This document shows positions 44,630-61,060 of a stretch of DNA of 64,000 bases, piece after piece (within the stretch, counting starts at the first letter, position 1; the number at the start of each line of letters is the position of its first letter). Where the stretch lies: the NCBI RefSeq assembly GCF_009914755.1, contig NC_060931.1; one strand, written 5' to 3'. A model generated the notes under the pieces. That model was not told the DNA's origin, ran no database searches, and saw only the letters and a program-made list of their open reading frames with translations. The position numbers and the translations under genes are program-made. Source of the stretch: the human T2T-CHM13v2.0 reference genome, Homo sapiens.

Positions 44630-46989
44630 AACAGTTTATCTCTTACTTCTAGAATGTAAGACCCATGAGAATGAGGATTTTTGTTGTTTTTCTGTTCAAT
44701 GATACACACCAAATATTTAGAGCATTCCGTAGGATGTATTGGGTCTTTGATTAATAAATATTTGTTGAATTAATAAATTAACTTAGGTTTACTCTGTGAA
44801 ATACATTTACAATGATATTGAAAAGAAAGTCTTTGGGAGGTATTGAATTCCCATGACAGAAAAAATTCAACCTGGGCAGGTTCTTCAAATTGGACAGTTT
44901 TGGGTGATGCTAACATTGAAAAGATAATTGGGTTCAATGACTGTGAAGTCTTCCCACTTGTCAATTATGTGATCCTTGAAGTGCAATCAAGGAGCACTGA
45001 TGTGTAGATGGGAAAAGCATTCATAGAATAAAATAATTATAAAAATATGTATTCAGTAACTATTATGTGCCATTCAGGCTGCTGCAATTGGGCTACAGAA
45101 GGGGAACAAGACAAAGATCCTACTCACATAAAGATTAAATCTAGGGAGAAGACAGGCAATAGACAATTAAATGAGCATTTAATTAATATAAACATTAAAT
45201 TAAATGATAATTTCAGGTCGTGTTAATTGCTATTAAAACAGGTAAAATGATAGAAAGCAAACCAACAGTATTGAAGCTAACTAGATAGTGTGGTGAGGAA
45301 ATACTACTTGAGCTAAATCCTGAATGTGGAAAAGTCACCAGAGCAAATACTGAGGGAGAGCCACAGGAGAGAAGGACAGCATGTACACAAAGGTCCTGAG
45401 AGTGACATAGCCTATTTGGGGTACAAAGAGAACGCCTGTGGCAAGAGTGAGGAACATGGCAAGGGGTTGAGGAGGAGAGCAGGGCTGGGGTGGTGGAGGT
45501 CACTGGAGGTGTCTCATTACTTTTGGATCATTATTTTGTTGCATCTGTGAAAGAAACACTTCATTTAGACAACTATATATGTTTAATAACACACTTGCAG
45601 CCATTATGAAGCTTAGGTATAATTATTATTTTCTTATTAGGCTTTTATTTTTGACATGTTTTTCTTCACTTCTGAAATAAAATAGGCTCACTCAACTTTC
45701 AATATTTTTTTTCTTAAGCTAAATTTACCTCTCTGGGGCTAAAATGTTCTCCTTTATTTGATATTTTCTGCCTAAATGTAGTGAGAAAGCCAATCCTTTA
45801 CTGCATATAACTATTTTTCTGAAGTTTCAAAAGAAGACATTATTCTCTTATACTCTGAAGATTTATTTGTAAAACTTCTACAAGGAAGGAAGGGAAACCA
45901 CAGAAAATTTTGAAGCAGGAGATGAAAAGTAAACACAGTAGCTTGTTGAAACATGGTTAGCAAATGAAGAGGAAGGCTGTAGAAAAAGAACTAAGAATTC
46001 TTTTCAGACCTGGAAAGTTGTTGGAATTAAGAACCCATGAACTGATAAAGTCGGGGTGAGAATGTTTCAGTTAAAGTCAAATAAATAGATTCCAAGAGAC
46101 AAGGAAAATTGTGAATCTATCCAATCATTGAATAATCAAAAAAATGCTTTTTTATCTTTTGTTTTTTAAAAATGTAATTCAAAATTAATTTAAAAACAAC
46201 TTTAAAATTGAGCTTTAGCTCTCGATATTATTAAATTATACAAGATGATCATAATATTTAAAAGTATATTGTTGATGACCCTTTATTTTCTAGAAACATT
46301 ATCTTGAGTTATAAAACACTTATTTTTATTAAAAAAGACAAGAGAAATGAGACTTCTTTTTTCTTTTTTTAAGAAAAGTAACTGTCTAGCTATTTTATAT
46401 CTGTAGTTTAGTTCTTCAGAAATAAAGCTGACATTTTAGTTTTTGTCAAAAATATGTATGGAAGATTTTGAGTTTAATTTTTTATGAAAGTATTTTTAGA
46501 ACATAATTTAAAAATAAAACAGACATACTATGTACATCTAGAAATATATCTCAACAACTCATGTATCTGTCTAAGATATATTCATATAAATTAGGATACG
46601 GCAAGACAAACTATGTATATCTACATAATAAACTTGGATAATTTATGTAATTATCTCTATTTTGAACAGTTTAAATGCATTTTTTCTGCATTGAAAGTAA
46701 TTTTTAAAATCCCAGTATCCTTCTCTCATTTGTTCTTAAATTACCCAGCCCACTAAAAATATTGAAACATATGTTTGACACATATATGATGCAAATTTTA
46801 GCAGCAGTTACCTTTGGGACTTGGGAAAGGTGGAGGGAGATTTAAGGGTGGAGGGAGTTGGAGGAGGAGAAACTCTCATATTTTACCCTTTATATTCTAT
46901 ATAGAGTAAATTTATTATTATTATTTATTAAGTATGTATTATAATGTTAGATTTTTAAGGACAAGTAAAAATCTTGCTACAAAGAACTA

Positions 46990-47625
46990 AGAAACAGAAT
47001 CTGCCTACGGATGTTTATTGCAGCTTTATTTATAATTGCCCAAACTTGGAAGCATCCTAGATGACCTTCGGTAGGTGAGTGAATAATTAAACTGTAGTGC
47101 ATCCAGACCATGGGAAGAAATGAGCTATCAAGCCATGAAGAAACATGGAGGAAAACTAAGGGCACATTATTAAGTGAAGTAAGACATCTAGAAAGGCAAC
47201 ATACTGTATGACTGCAACTATATGACATTATTGAAAGGGCAAAACTTTGCAGACAGTGGAGACAGTGGTTGACAGGGCTTGTGGGGAAGGAGGTATGAAG
47301 AGGAAGAACACAGATGATCTTTAAAGCAGTGAAAATATTCTGTATGATACTATAATGATGGATACATGTCATTATACGTTTGTTCAAACCCATAGAATGT
47401 ACAACACCAACAGCAAACCTTAATGTAAACTCTGGGGTTTGGGTGATAATGATATGTTGATGCAGCTCCGTTGATGGTGGCTAATGTACCACTCTGGTGA
47501 AAGGTGTCGAAAATGCAGAAGGCTATGCATGAGTTGGGACAGGGGTATGTGAGAAATCTCTGTACCTCTCAATTTCGCTGTGAACCTAAAACTGCTCCAA
47601 AAAATTAAATCTTACAAAAACAGAA
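46990..47625 (+). mobile_element. L1MC-type 3' end
   Basis: gatgtttattgcagctttatttataattgcc...caaacccatagaatgtacaacacc...ctgtgaacctaaaactgctc. Confidence 0.85.
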
Positions 47626-48686
47626 ACAAAGAATACCTTTAAAAGGAGCTCATAGGATATTTGAAAAATACTTTAATCTTTGAATATAATATAACTTTTT
47701 AAAATGTTAACATAAAGACTTAAAAGCACTCTAATGTGGAGAAAAATCAGAATTTAATATCTCTTAGAATAATTTTTACAAAGATGTGCATTTTTCTCAA
47801 CATACACAATGATTAAATCCCCAAAGAAAAGAAACCTCTTTACTGGGGCTAATTCTTTTTGGAATGTGTGGAAGTACATTATAAGGACTTCATGGTGATT
47901 TTGTGACAATGAGATGGAATAATCAAATGAAACACAAGATTTTTCCAATAAAACACACAGTGGATCTGGCCTCTGTACAGAAAATAAATATCTCAGGCAT
48001 CTACAACTAGCAAGCCATTTTTTAAAATTAGACCCTGACATACAACCATGACTGATAAGATAAACTGCAGACACAATGTTTTTTTGCTGATAGGAGTAAT
48101 GTTTTTGAATTCTTGAAATTCGTGTCTGAATTAGAATGCCTCATGTGTGTTACCTATTGATTTTTAAAAGGTTTATTAATATCCAATACTTACACTCTGT
48201 TATGATTCTAATACTAAGTAATCATTCTGAAGGGGCTTATAAATTTCTTAATTGAAAATTTTCTATTGTATAGTTTTTCCCCACTACAAAATAAAAGACT
48301 GTGTATTATTTAAGTTATAGTAAGTATTATGGCAGCCTGTAATATTTTACATTCTTTGACTTTAAGTAAATGTGGATTAGTATCTATGTTCCAACCTTTG
48401 CCCAATTCCATCCCTGTAATCATGAGGCAATATTTATACCTAAGACAATTCTTATCTTTGGAGTTTTGTGGAATGGCAACATGTGGGCAAATAGGATTAG
48501 GAAACCTGGTAGCGTGTAGTAAAGCTCATGAAGCTTCCCCTTTAACCAATATTAGCTCTCCTACCCGCTTTCTGGATTACTAGCAGTATCCTAAATGAGT
48601 TCAAGTTTGATTAGAAACCCTTAGATCAATGTGTATGCAAATATTTAAGCCCATGGTTTCTCTGTCATTGAAGGCAGAGTAAACGT

Positions 48687-48721
<35 letters not shown>

Positions 48722-48905
48722 CTGCCTCCCCTCCCACCTCCAAACCTTTGCCAAGGCTGTTGCCCTATCCTAGGCTGGATTCCCCTTTGGGCTGCCCCAT
48801 GACTTGTCAAAAACATATCCTCAAAAGTTTAAGGGACTCTCAAAGCTGGATTTTTCTCAAAGGTGTCCAGAGCACTTCTTTTTTTTTTTTTTTTTGTCAT
48901 CTAAA

Positions 48906-50086
<1,181 letters not shown>

Positions 50087-50224
50087 TTAAGGTATCATTC
50101 TAATGAACAGTAAAAAGAGAAACTAAATTTAATTATTGAATTGTGTTAAAAATGTACATTCTCTGTAAGTGCTACCAAGAACGGTAAAAAAAATGAAAAT
50201 TTCCAAATATTATTTTTCTGATTC

Positions 50225-50460
50225 ACTCAAAATTTATTTATTTTAATTTTTATATTATTATGGATACATAATATGCTAATATATTAATATAGTACATGTG
50301 ATTTTTTGATACAGGCACACAAAGTGTAATGATCAAATCAGGGTAGCTGGGAGTATCCATCACCTCAAGAATTTATTATTCTTTTTGTTAGGAAAATTCG
50401 AATTCCACCCTTTCAGTTATTTTAAAATATATAATATGTTATTGTTAAGTATGGTCACCC
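50225..50460 (-). mobile_element. L1MA 3' end fragment
   Basis: gtacatgtgattttttgatacagg...tgtaatgatcaaatcagggta...tatccatcacctcaag. Confidence 0.8.
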
Positions 50461-53400
50461 AAGTATTCTTAAGAGTATTTTTCCAAAACCAAGCAGGGAG
50501 AACAAGTTTACATGGCTATTACGATGATATAAAGATATGAAACTGTGAAAGCATATAAACTTGATAGGAATCATTTAATAAGGGCATACGGTCACTCGTT
50601 TTTAACCAATTAGGATTAAGAAACAAATGAGATTACTCAATTGGTCAGGGTCTATGTTTTTTTTCTGTGAACATTTACTCATTCATTTCACAAATATGCG
50701 TGAGATGAAAATACAGTGAAGAAGAAAGTTGAGGTTCTGATGCCTGCAAGCTTAGACTCTAGGACTCTAACATAGAGCTAGGTTAATAACATCATTTTGA
50801 TCGAACTACTGTTGACGTTTAGGTGATTTATTTCCAAGACTCTGTGGCAACTTCCACTTTTTAGTAAAGGGACATTTCTTTGGAATTTTTTATTTTTATT
50901 TTTAAAACAGAAGACATTATGGGGAAATCCTGAGTAGAAGCCTCTTCTGCCTCCACTTGGGTTCATCTTCAAGAAGGTACCCTCATATCATTAACAGGCA
51001 GGAAACTTAACTTCCCGAGCGCCTGTCATAAGAAACTCTTCCCTAGCTATCAATGGAAGAAGAAAGGACCCAGAACACTAGCAAATCTCTTATTCTGTGA
51101 TTCCCTAGTTTTATGGGAGCCCCTTTTTATTTATATTAAAATATCTTAACGGAGAAGTTAGGATGGGAGATAATTTTCATTTTTTAAGGCTCCAAATTGT
51201 ATTAAATTTCTATTCAAAAGTTCATTGCTGAATCACTGCCTTGGAGTCAGAGTATTTGTTCCAAATTATTGATTTGGTTAAAGAGATCCACAGAGATGAG
51301 CAACTTATTGATTCCATGAAAATACCTTTGGTTCTAATATTTCATATTTTTTCACATTGGTGGAAAACAGGGACTTGGGACATATGTATGTTTTCTCCAT
51401 CTAGCTTTCTGTAAGACTCAAGGCTCTCCTAATACATATGCTCTGCTTTCTACTTACGATCTTTTTCTTTGGAAAATATCTTTACAATATCAGCTAAATG
51501 AGATTAGAAATAAGATATCAAATTCATCAGGAACTCCATACTGAATAGATAAGAGTCTGCTTTCTCATACCAATAATGTTGGTGCCCAACTCAGTAGAAA
51601 CAAATAAATAGGGTAAGTGTCCAGTAATTTACTTTTCAATAGTTATTTGTATTTCAGATCTTTACTCTGGCTCTTTCATAAGCAGCTTTCACATCAACAT
51701 AGCTGAAATTCTTATCTAAAATCCATAAAGCCCCTGGGAGAATGAAGGTTAAGGAAAATGATTTTAAGGGAAACCACATCTTTCTCTTGAAAGTGATTGT
51801 ATCTCTTAAGAGTTTTATATAAATAACTCAATCAAAAGCTCACCTATTTGAAGGCTTTTTTTTCAAGGCGCAAATATAAGATTAACTTCATATGGTTTAT
51901 TTATTTTCACTTACTTGTTTACCTATCATTTTCTAAGTGCCCCAAATATATTCACCTCTCAAGGCTTGCTGCTTTCTGGACATAGGTATGTACAGAGAAG
52001 TCAAACAGTAAGTAGATTGCACCTACAAGAAATTGGCTCTTGATTAGCTCTTTGTAACCATATAGTTGGCGACCTCCCAAAAAGGAGAAAAGAAATGTAA
52101 ACTCTGTTTTGCTATATGTTTCTATGTATCTTCTAATTAGATGTAATTAGTCAAAAGGCCAAGAAGTTTCAGACATGTCACCAACATGAATGAATATAAC
52201 ATTTTGAGTACATTATAAATGGAATGCATGTGTACTAAATGTAGGTAGAGGGAACTTATTTTAAAATCACTAGTCATATTTAAAGTAAACTTTAAAATAG
52301 TAATATTGTCATCATACAACGTATTACCTATAGATGTTACAACTCTTTTAGTTTTTGGAAGAGGTTACAGAAAATATCAGCCAAAGGAAATAGGAAAAAA
52401 AGTTAACATTATATGTTTACACTGGTTAGCATATTTGTCCCAGAGAAACAAGGCATATTTGAAGTTCTTCAAGCAGATCAGCAGGCCCAATATTTTAGGA
52501 AGGTTGGGTTTTGGCTTGGGGCTCTTTACCTCTCTTGAGACACAGAGCTTCCTGAAATTTACAAGGAGTGTTGTTCCTCCTACTCAGGAAAATGAGATGT
52601 ATGTATACACACATAAAATACTTGACAGACTTTGTGAAACTCAGATTATCTGGTTTAGAAAAAAGATAGAATCAGATGCACATAATACTTTCTAATGCAC
52701 ATGCTCAATTTGTACATCTAAAGACAATGATAATTTCAAGGTTAAAATCATGTGATTTGCTAAATATTTACTGTTTTATATTAAGGAGGAAATCTAAAAT
52801 TTGAAAAACACTTCGAGTTTAAAAATTGATCAACTATTTTGGAAAGCAATTTGCAAATGTGGATCAATAACTTTTGAATGAGCATGTCTGCTTTCAGAAA
52901 TGTGTTTTAGAAGAATAATCTTAAATGCAGATTCATGTACAAAAATCACAACAATAATACATTATATATCAGAGAGTATGTATTTAGTATTTCCTGTATG
53001 CTAAGTTGTTTCTTCTCTATGTGTTTTACTCGCTAAATCAACAGCAATTGCCATATAGATGCTATTGCCTACTATTTTAAGAAAAAAACCATGACGCTTA
53101 CAGGTGTTAATAACTAGCCCCACATTTCAAATGCTAATTGTCATAGTTGAGACATGAATCTAGGTCTACCTGAACTTTTGCTCTTACGGTACACTTTTTA
53201 GAGCATGGTTTCTATTAAAAAAATCAGAAGCAGCATAAATGTCCAATATTCATGGGAAGTTTAGGCACCACATAACTGTAGCTATAAGATGGAATACTTT
53301 TAAAAAGATAAAATAGATTTAATCAAACATTTTAATACTGTGAAAATTCTTAGGTCATAAAATTAAGCACATTAAAACAAACTCAAAAATATACGTGCCC

Positions 53401-53646
53401 TATGAACATAGTTTTATATGAGACTGACGACATTTGTCAAATATTAGTAAAAATTGCTTTTGGATTTTGCTTCTTTTTTCCTGTACATCAAAAAAATCAT
53501 GCAGTGCCCTTCTAATAATAAATATAAACATTTTAACTATTTTTGTAATTGTTACTGATTTCAAAATTCTTTAACCATCAAAGAGGGCCCTTAAATTTGA
53601 AACTGACAGCAGAACTACGTGCAATGTCCCTGATAAGAAAGCTGAA

Positions 53647-53665
53647 TGTGCTCCCTAGTGGCCAC
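53647..53665 (-). promoter_or_regulatory. CTCF core motif
   Basis: Minus strand reads GTGGCCACTAGGGAGCACA, close to the TGGCCASYAGRKGGCRS core, in non-repeat DNA. Confidence 0.6.
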
Positions 53666-54097
53666 TGTGTTGTTAAAGTTCTCTGTTGTACTACTCCCTG
53701 TGAGGGATTCGTATTTACCTTCATCTGCTATGTGATGGTGGTGGGAAGGAACTGGGCATCACAAGACCAGGATAAACTGGCTGTGTTTTCTAACCAGGAA
53801 ATAAGTTGTTTGGAGCACTTTATTTGTACGTCTCCTTGGGGAAAATTTAAAGTCTGATCAATCCATTTATACATAAATATTTAGCAACATTTAAAATTGT
53901 ACTAACTTCTCTATTTTGTCTGCTTATATTTTAACACGTCTTTGTTTTGAGGACAGCTTAGCTTTTTTGCTACACAAACTAAATTCAGTGCTATTTATAG
54001 TACTTTATTTCTGAAGCCAATCTATATTTGAGGCTAAAATGTGGTCATTGAAATGATGAAAAGAGCCATGAAGTGATGATATATAAAGACATACGTA

Positions 54098-54395
54098 GGC
54101 TGGTCATGGTGGTTCATGCCTGTAATCCCAGCACTTTTGGGAGGATGAGGCTGGAGGATGGTTTGAGGCCAGGAGTTCTAGACCAGCCTGGACAACAGAG
54201 TGAGGCCCTGTCTGTACAAAAAGTAACAGTAAAATTAAAATATTAGCCAGGTATGGCACCTGTAGTCAGCTACTCAGGAGGCTGAGGCAGGAAGATCACC
54301 GTTGCATCTATCTTCTGTTCCAGGCTACAGTGAGTTATGATCGCACCACTGCACTCCACCTTGGGTGACAGAGTGAGACCCTCCCTTTAAAAAAT
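54098..54395 (+). mobile_element. AluJ
   Basis: ggctggtcatggtggttcatgcctgtaatccc...ttgaggccaggag...gtgagttatgatcgcacc. Confidence 0.9.
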
Positions 54396-54639
54396 AGACA
54401 CAAATATCTAAATGGTGAATAAATGCATGTGCATAGTATAGAAAACCACAATACCTTAATAACATATATTACATTATTATTATGAATATAATTACTTGAA
54501 CACAGGAAGAGACATAGATGTACTCTTGGTTGGGAAGATTCACATTATAAAGATATTATTATCCCCAAATTCAAATCAAAAGATAATATATGTCATATAA
54601 AAATCAAATAGGAAGCAAGGCTTAGGTTTAGGTTGGGGG

Positions 54640-54850
54640 CTTTAAAGTCTGGCTTGAAGTCTTAGCTTTAATGCCCACTTGCTGTATAACTCTGGAAACG
54701 AAACATAACAGTTCGGAGTCACAATATTCTTGTTTCTATAATATTGATAATAACAATATAATGTTTACTTTGGAGAATTATGAGATTTAAATGAATTCCA
54801 GGAATACTTGGCACAAAGAAGAAACTCAGTAAACGGTACAAAGATAATTA
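54640..54850 (+). mobile_element. MIR fragment
   Basis: cccacttgctgtataactctgg...gaattatgagatttaaatga...cttggcaca..gaa.ctcagtaaacggta. Confidence 0.55.
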
Positions 54851-55534
54851 TTAATTTTAACTCATTTGCATTCAGAATTCTAATAAAGTTAATTTGTTTT
54901 CTGAAAATTAGTAAAATTTATCTTGAAGAATAATTACTTAGAATAGGTAAGATATTCCTTAAAAAGAATGAAAATGGAGGAAAGTTGTCCTTCCCAATAA
55001 TATATGTACATAAGGAATCAGCGAATGTATCTTCAAATCTATGAATTAGAGTAATATTTTGCTGATAAAAAGTTAGGTAGAAATGTACAATACAGTTGTA
55101 TCTTAGCAGAGAGTTAGGTTCTAAAGCCAGTGTGTAGATCTAAATTTACTTATAGTGAACCTTATCTGTAAAAATCTCTCAGGAATGTGTTATGATGGAA
55201 ACAACAGCCCTGAGTAAATTAGTTAATTTCTATATAAGGAGAGTGTTTTTACAAAACATACATTCTTCAACTACTAGACCAAACTTAGTGTTGGAAGAAC
55301 TCACTAAAAGTGGCACTGAGTGGTCTTATGAACTGAGACCAATGGAGGAAACAAAGAAAATGGAAAGGCATTTCTTGTCTACTCTGAGTCAGAAACATTC
55401 TGCTGATTGAGCAGAAATGCCTGAATTGTTTATATATTTTCTTAACTTTTGTTCTTCCAAGTTATGTATATTTCATTTTCAAAAAGTTAAATGTATGTAT
55501 AGTGGAGGGGGATCTTTGAAAAAAATGCAGAACC

Positions 55535-58500
55535 ATATCATAATATGCTATTTTAAAAATACTGGTAGTGAAGACAAAGGGCAAATAATCTTGGGAGTTT
55601 TAGGGCCCCGCCCACTGCCGGTTCCTCCCCATACTACCATAGCTGAGGCTCTCTGGAAAGTGCCACCTCCTGGCAGGAGGCCAAACAGCACAAAAATAGA
55701 GCATTAAACCACCAAAGCTAAGAACCCTCATGGAGTCCATTGCACCCACCTCCCTGCCACCTCGACCAGAACAGGCACTGATATCCAAGACTGAGAGACC
55801 CATAGATAGTTCACATCACAAGACTCTGTGCAGACAGCCCCCACTACCAGCCCAGAGCTGGATAGACTGTCTGGGTGGCTAGACCCAGAAGAGAAACAAC
55901 AATCACTGCAGTTGCACTCACAGGAAGCCACATCCATAGTAAAAGGGGGAGAGTACTACATCAATGGAACACCCTGTGGGACAAAAGAATCTGAAAAACA
56001 GCCCTTAGCCCTAGATATTCCCTCTGACAGAGCCTACCCAAATGAGAAGAAGCCAGAAAACCAACCCTGGCACTATGACAAAATAAGACTCTTCAACACC
56101 CTCAAAAAAATCACACCAGTTCACCAGCAGTAGATCCAAACCAAGAAGAAATCCCTGATTTACCTGAAATAGAATTCAGGAGGTTAGTTATTGAGCTAAT
56201 CAGGGAGGAACCAGAGAAAGGCAAAGCCCAATGCAAGGAAATCCAAAGTATAATACAAGAAGTGAAGGGAGAAATATTCAAGGAAATAGATAGCTTAAAG
56301 AAAAAACAATCAAAAGTTCAGGAAACTTTGGACACACTTTTAGAAATGTGAAATGCTCTGGAAAGTCTCAGCAATAGAACTGAACAAGTAGGAGAAAGAA
56401 ATTCAGAGCTCAAAGACAAGGTCCTCGAATTAGCCAAATCCAACAAAGACAAAGAATAAAGAATAAGAAAATATGAACAAAGCCTCCAAAAAGTCTGGGA
56501 TTATGTTAAATGACCAAACCTAAAAATAATTGGTGTTCCTGAGGAAGAAGAGAATTCTAAAAGCTTGGAAAATATATTTGAGGGAATAATCGAGGAAAAC
56601 TTCCCCAGCCTTGCTAGAGACTTAGACATCCACAAAGAATAAGCACAAGGAACACCCAGGAAATTCGTCACAAAACGATCTTTGCTAGGCACATTGTCAT
56701 CAGGTTATCCAAAGTTAAGATGAAGGAAAGAATCTTAAGAGCTGTGAGACAGAAGCACCAGGTAACCTATAAAGGAAAAAGTATCAGATTAACAGCAGAT
56801 TTCTCAGCAGGAACCCTATAAGCTAGAAGGGATTGGGGCCCTATCTTTAGCCTCCTCAAACAAAACAATTATAAGCCAAGAATTTTGGATCCAGTGAAAC
56901 TAAGCATCATATATGAAAGAAAGATACAATCCTTTTCAGACAAACAAATGCTGATATAATTTGCCATTACCAAACCACCACTACAAGAACTGCTAAAAGA
57001 AGCTCTAAATCTTGAAACAAATACTGGAAACACAACAAAACAGAACCTGTTTAAAGCATAAATCACACAGGACCTATAAAACAAAAATTAAAGTTAAAAA
57101 AGCAAAAACAAATAACAAAAAAACCCAAAGTACACAGGCAACAAAGAGCACAATGGATACAAAAGTACATCACATTTCAATACTAACATTGAATGTAAGT
57201 GGCCTAAATGCTTACTAAAAACATACAGAACCGCAGAATGGATAAGAACTCACCAAGAAACTATCTGGTGCCTTCAGGAGACTCACCTAACACATAAGGA
57301 CTCACATAAACTTAAAGTAAAGGGGTAGAAAAAGGCATTTCATGCAAATGGACACCAAAAACTAGCTGGGGTAGCTATTCTTATATCAGAAAAAACAAAC
57401 TTTAAAGCAACAGCAGTTAAAAGAGACAAAGAGGGACATTATATAATGGTAAAAGGCCTTGTCCAACAGGAAAATACCACAAATCCTAAACATATATGCA
57501 CCTAACACTGGAGTTCCCAAATTTATAAAACAATTACTAATTGACCTAAGAAATGAGATAGACAGCAACACAACAATAGTGGGGGACCTCAATACTCCAC
57601 TGACAGCAGTAGACAGGTCATCAAGACAGAAAGTCAACAAAGAAACAATGGATTTAAACTATACCTTGGAGCAAATGGATTTAACAGATATATACAGGAC
57701 ATTTCATCCAACAACCACAGAATACACATTCTGTTCAACAGCGCATGGAACTTTCTCCAAGATAGACCATATGATAGGCCATAAAAGAAGCCTCAATAAA
57801 TTTAAGAAATTTGAAATTATATTAAGTACTCTCTCAGACCACAGTGGAATATAACTGAAAATCAACTCCTAAGCCACGCAAATACATGGAAATTAAATGA
57901 CCAGCTCCTAACGGAGCACTGGGTCAAAAATGAAATCAAAATGGACATTTAAAACTTCCTTGAACTGAACAGCAATAATGACACAACCTATCAAAACCTC
58001 TGAGATACAGCAAAGGCAGTGCTAAGAGGAACGTTCATAGCCCTAAATGCCTGTGTCAAAAACACTGAAAGTGCACAAACTGACATTCTAAGGTCACACC
58101 TCAAGGAACTAGGGGAACAAGAACAAACCAATCCCCAAACCCAGCAGAAGAAAGAAAATAACCAAGATCAGAGCAGAGCTAAATGAAATTGAAACAAAAA
58201 AAATACAAAAGATAAATGAAACAAAAGGAAAACATAAATAAAATTGATAGACCATTAGCAAGATTAGCCAAGAAAAGAAGAGAGAAAATCCAAATAAGCT
58301 CATTAAGAAATGAAACAGAAGATATTACAACTGACACCACTGAAATACAAAAGGTCATTCTAGGCTACTATGAACACCTTTATGCACATCAACTAGAAAA
58401 CCTAGAAGAGATGGATACATTCCTGGAAAAATACAACCCTCCTAGCTTGAATCAGGAAGAAATAGATACCCTGAAAAGACCAATAACAAGCAGCAAGATT

Positions 58501-61060
58501 GAAATGGTAATTTTAAAACTACCAACAAAAAAAGTCCAGGACCAGATGGATTCACAGCAGAATTCTACCAGACATTCAAAGAAGAATTGGTACCAATCCT
58601 TTTGACACTATTCCACAAGATAGAGAAAGAAGGAACCCTCCCTAATTCATTCTAGGAAGCCAGGATCGCCCTAATACCAAAACCAGGAAAGGACATAACC
58701 AAAAAAGAAAACTGCAGACCAATATCCTTGATGAACATAGATACTAAAATCCTCAACAAAATATTAGCTAACAGAGTACAACAACATATCAAAGAGATAA
58801 TCCACCATGATCAAGTGGGTTTAATACTGTGGATGCAGGGATGGTTTAACATACACAGGTCAATAAATGTGATACACCACATAAACAGAATTAAAAACAA
58901 AAATCACATGATCATTTCAATAGATGCAAAAAAGCATTCGACAAAATCCATCATCCCTGTATGATCAAAACTGTCAGCAAAATTGGCATACAAGAGACAT
59001 ACCTTAATGTAGTAAAAGCCATCTATGACAAACCCACAGCCAACATAATACTAAATGGGGAAAAGCTGAAAGCATTCCCACTGAGAAGTGGAACAAGACA
59101 AGGATGCCCACTCTCACCACTCCTCTTCAACATAGTACTGGAAGTCCTAGCCAGAGCAATCAGAAAAGAGAAAGAAATAAAGGGCATCCAAATCAGTAAA
59201 AAGGAAGTCTAACTGTCACTGTTTGCTGACAATATGATCACTTACCTTGAAAATCCTAAAGACTCCTCCAGAAAGCTCCTAGAACTGATAAAAGAATTCA
59301 GCAGAGTTTCCAGATACAAGACTAATGTACACAAATCAGTAGCTCTTCTATACACCAACAGCAACCAAGCAGAGAATCAAATCAAGAACTCCACCCCTTT
59401 TAAAATAGAATCAATATTGTGAAAATGACCATAGCCAACAGCAATCTACAAATTCAATGCAATCCCCATCAAAATACCACCATTATTCTTAACAGACTTA
59501 TAAAAAACAATTCTAAAATTCATATAGAACCAAAAAAAGATCCCCCATAGCCAAAGCAAGACTAAGCAAAAATAACAAATCTGGAGATATCACACTACCT
59601 GATTTCAAACTATACTGGTTTGGTGACTATAGTCACCAAAACAGCATGGTACTGGTATAAAACTAGGCACATAGAATAATGGAACAAAATAGAGAACTCA
59701 GAAATCAACCCAAATGCTTACAGCCAACTGACCTTTGACAAAGCAAAAACATAAAGTGGGGAAAGGACACCCTTTTCAACTAATGGTGCTGCCATAAGTG
59801 GCTAGCCACATGTAGGAGAATGAAACTGGATCCTCATCTCTCATCTTATACAAAAATCAACTCAAGATGGATTAAGGACTTAAACTTAAGACCTGAAACT
59901 ATAAAAATTCTAGATGATAACATTGGAAAAACCCTTCTAAACATTGGCTTAGGCAAGGATTTCATGACCAAGAACCCAAAAGCAAATGCAATAAAAACAA
60001 AGATAAATAGCTGAGAGCTAATTAAACTAAAGAGCTTTTTGTATGGCAAAAGGAACAGTCAGCAGAGTAAACAGACAACTCATAGAATGGGAGAAAAATC
60101 TTCCCAATCTCTACATCCAACAAAGGACTAATATCCAGTATCTACAATGAACTCAAACAAATCAGTAAGAAAAAAGCAAACAATCCCATCAAAAAGTGGG
60201 CTAAGGACATGAATAGACAATTCTCAAAAGAACATACATACAAATGGCCAACAAACATATGAAAAAATGCTCAACATCACTAATGATCAGGGAAATGCAA
60301 ATCAAAACCACAATGCAATATCACCTTACTACTGCAAGAATGGCTATAATCAAAAAATCAAAAAACAGTAGATGTTGTCATGGATATGGTGAACAGAGAA
60401 CACTTCTACATTGCTGGTGGGAATGCAAACTAGTACAGCCACTATGGAAAACCGTGTGGTGGTTCCTTAAAGAACTAAAAGTAGAACTACTATTTAATCC
60501 TGCAGTCCCACTACTGGGTATCTACCCAGAGGGAAAACAAGTCATTATTTGAAAAAGATACTTTCACATGCATGTTTATAGCAGCACAACTCACAATTGC
60601 AAAATCGTGGAACCAACCCAAATGCCCATCAATCAATGAGTGGATAAAGAAACTGTGGTGTATATATATGATGGAATACTACACAGCTACAAAAAAAGAA
60701 TGAATTAACAGCATTTGCCATGACCTGGATGAGATTGGAGACTATTATTCTAAGTGAAATAACTCAGGAATGGAAAACAAAACATCGTAGGTTCTTACTG
60801 ATACATGGGATCTAAGCTATGAGGATGCAAAGGCATAAGAATGATAAAATGGACTTTGGGGATTTTGGGGTAAGAGTTGTGGGGGCAAGAGATAAAAGAC
60901 TACAAGTATAGTGCAGTGTATACTGCTCAGGTGATGGGTGCACCAAAATCTCACAAATCACCACTAAAGAATTTACTCGTGTAACCAAATACCACCTGTA
61001 CCCCAATAACTTATGGAAAAGCAAACTTAGAAAAAATTAATTAATTAATTTTAAAAAATA
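55535..61060 (+). mobile_element. near-full-length decayed L1PB LINE-1 (part of 5'UTR, ORF1, ORF2, 3'UTR)
   Basis: ORF1 remnant about 56080-57010; ORF2 fragments ([38 protein letters not shown]); L1PB-type 3'UTR gggtgcaccaaaatctcacaaatcaccactaaagaa; many stops and frameshifts. Confidence 0.95.
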
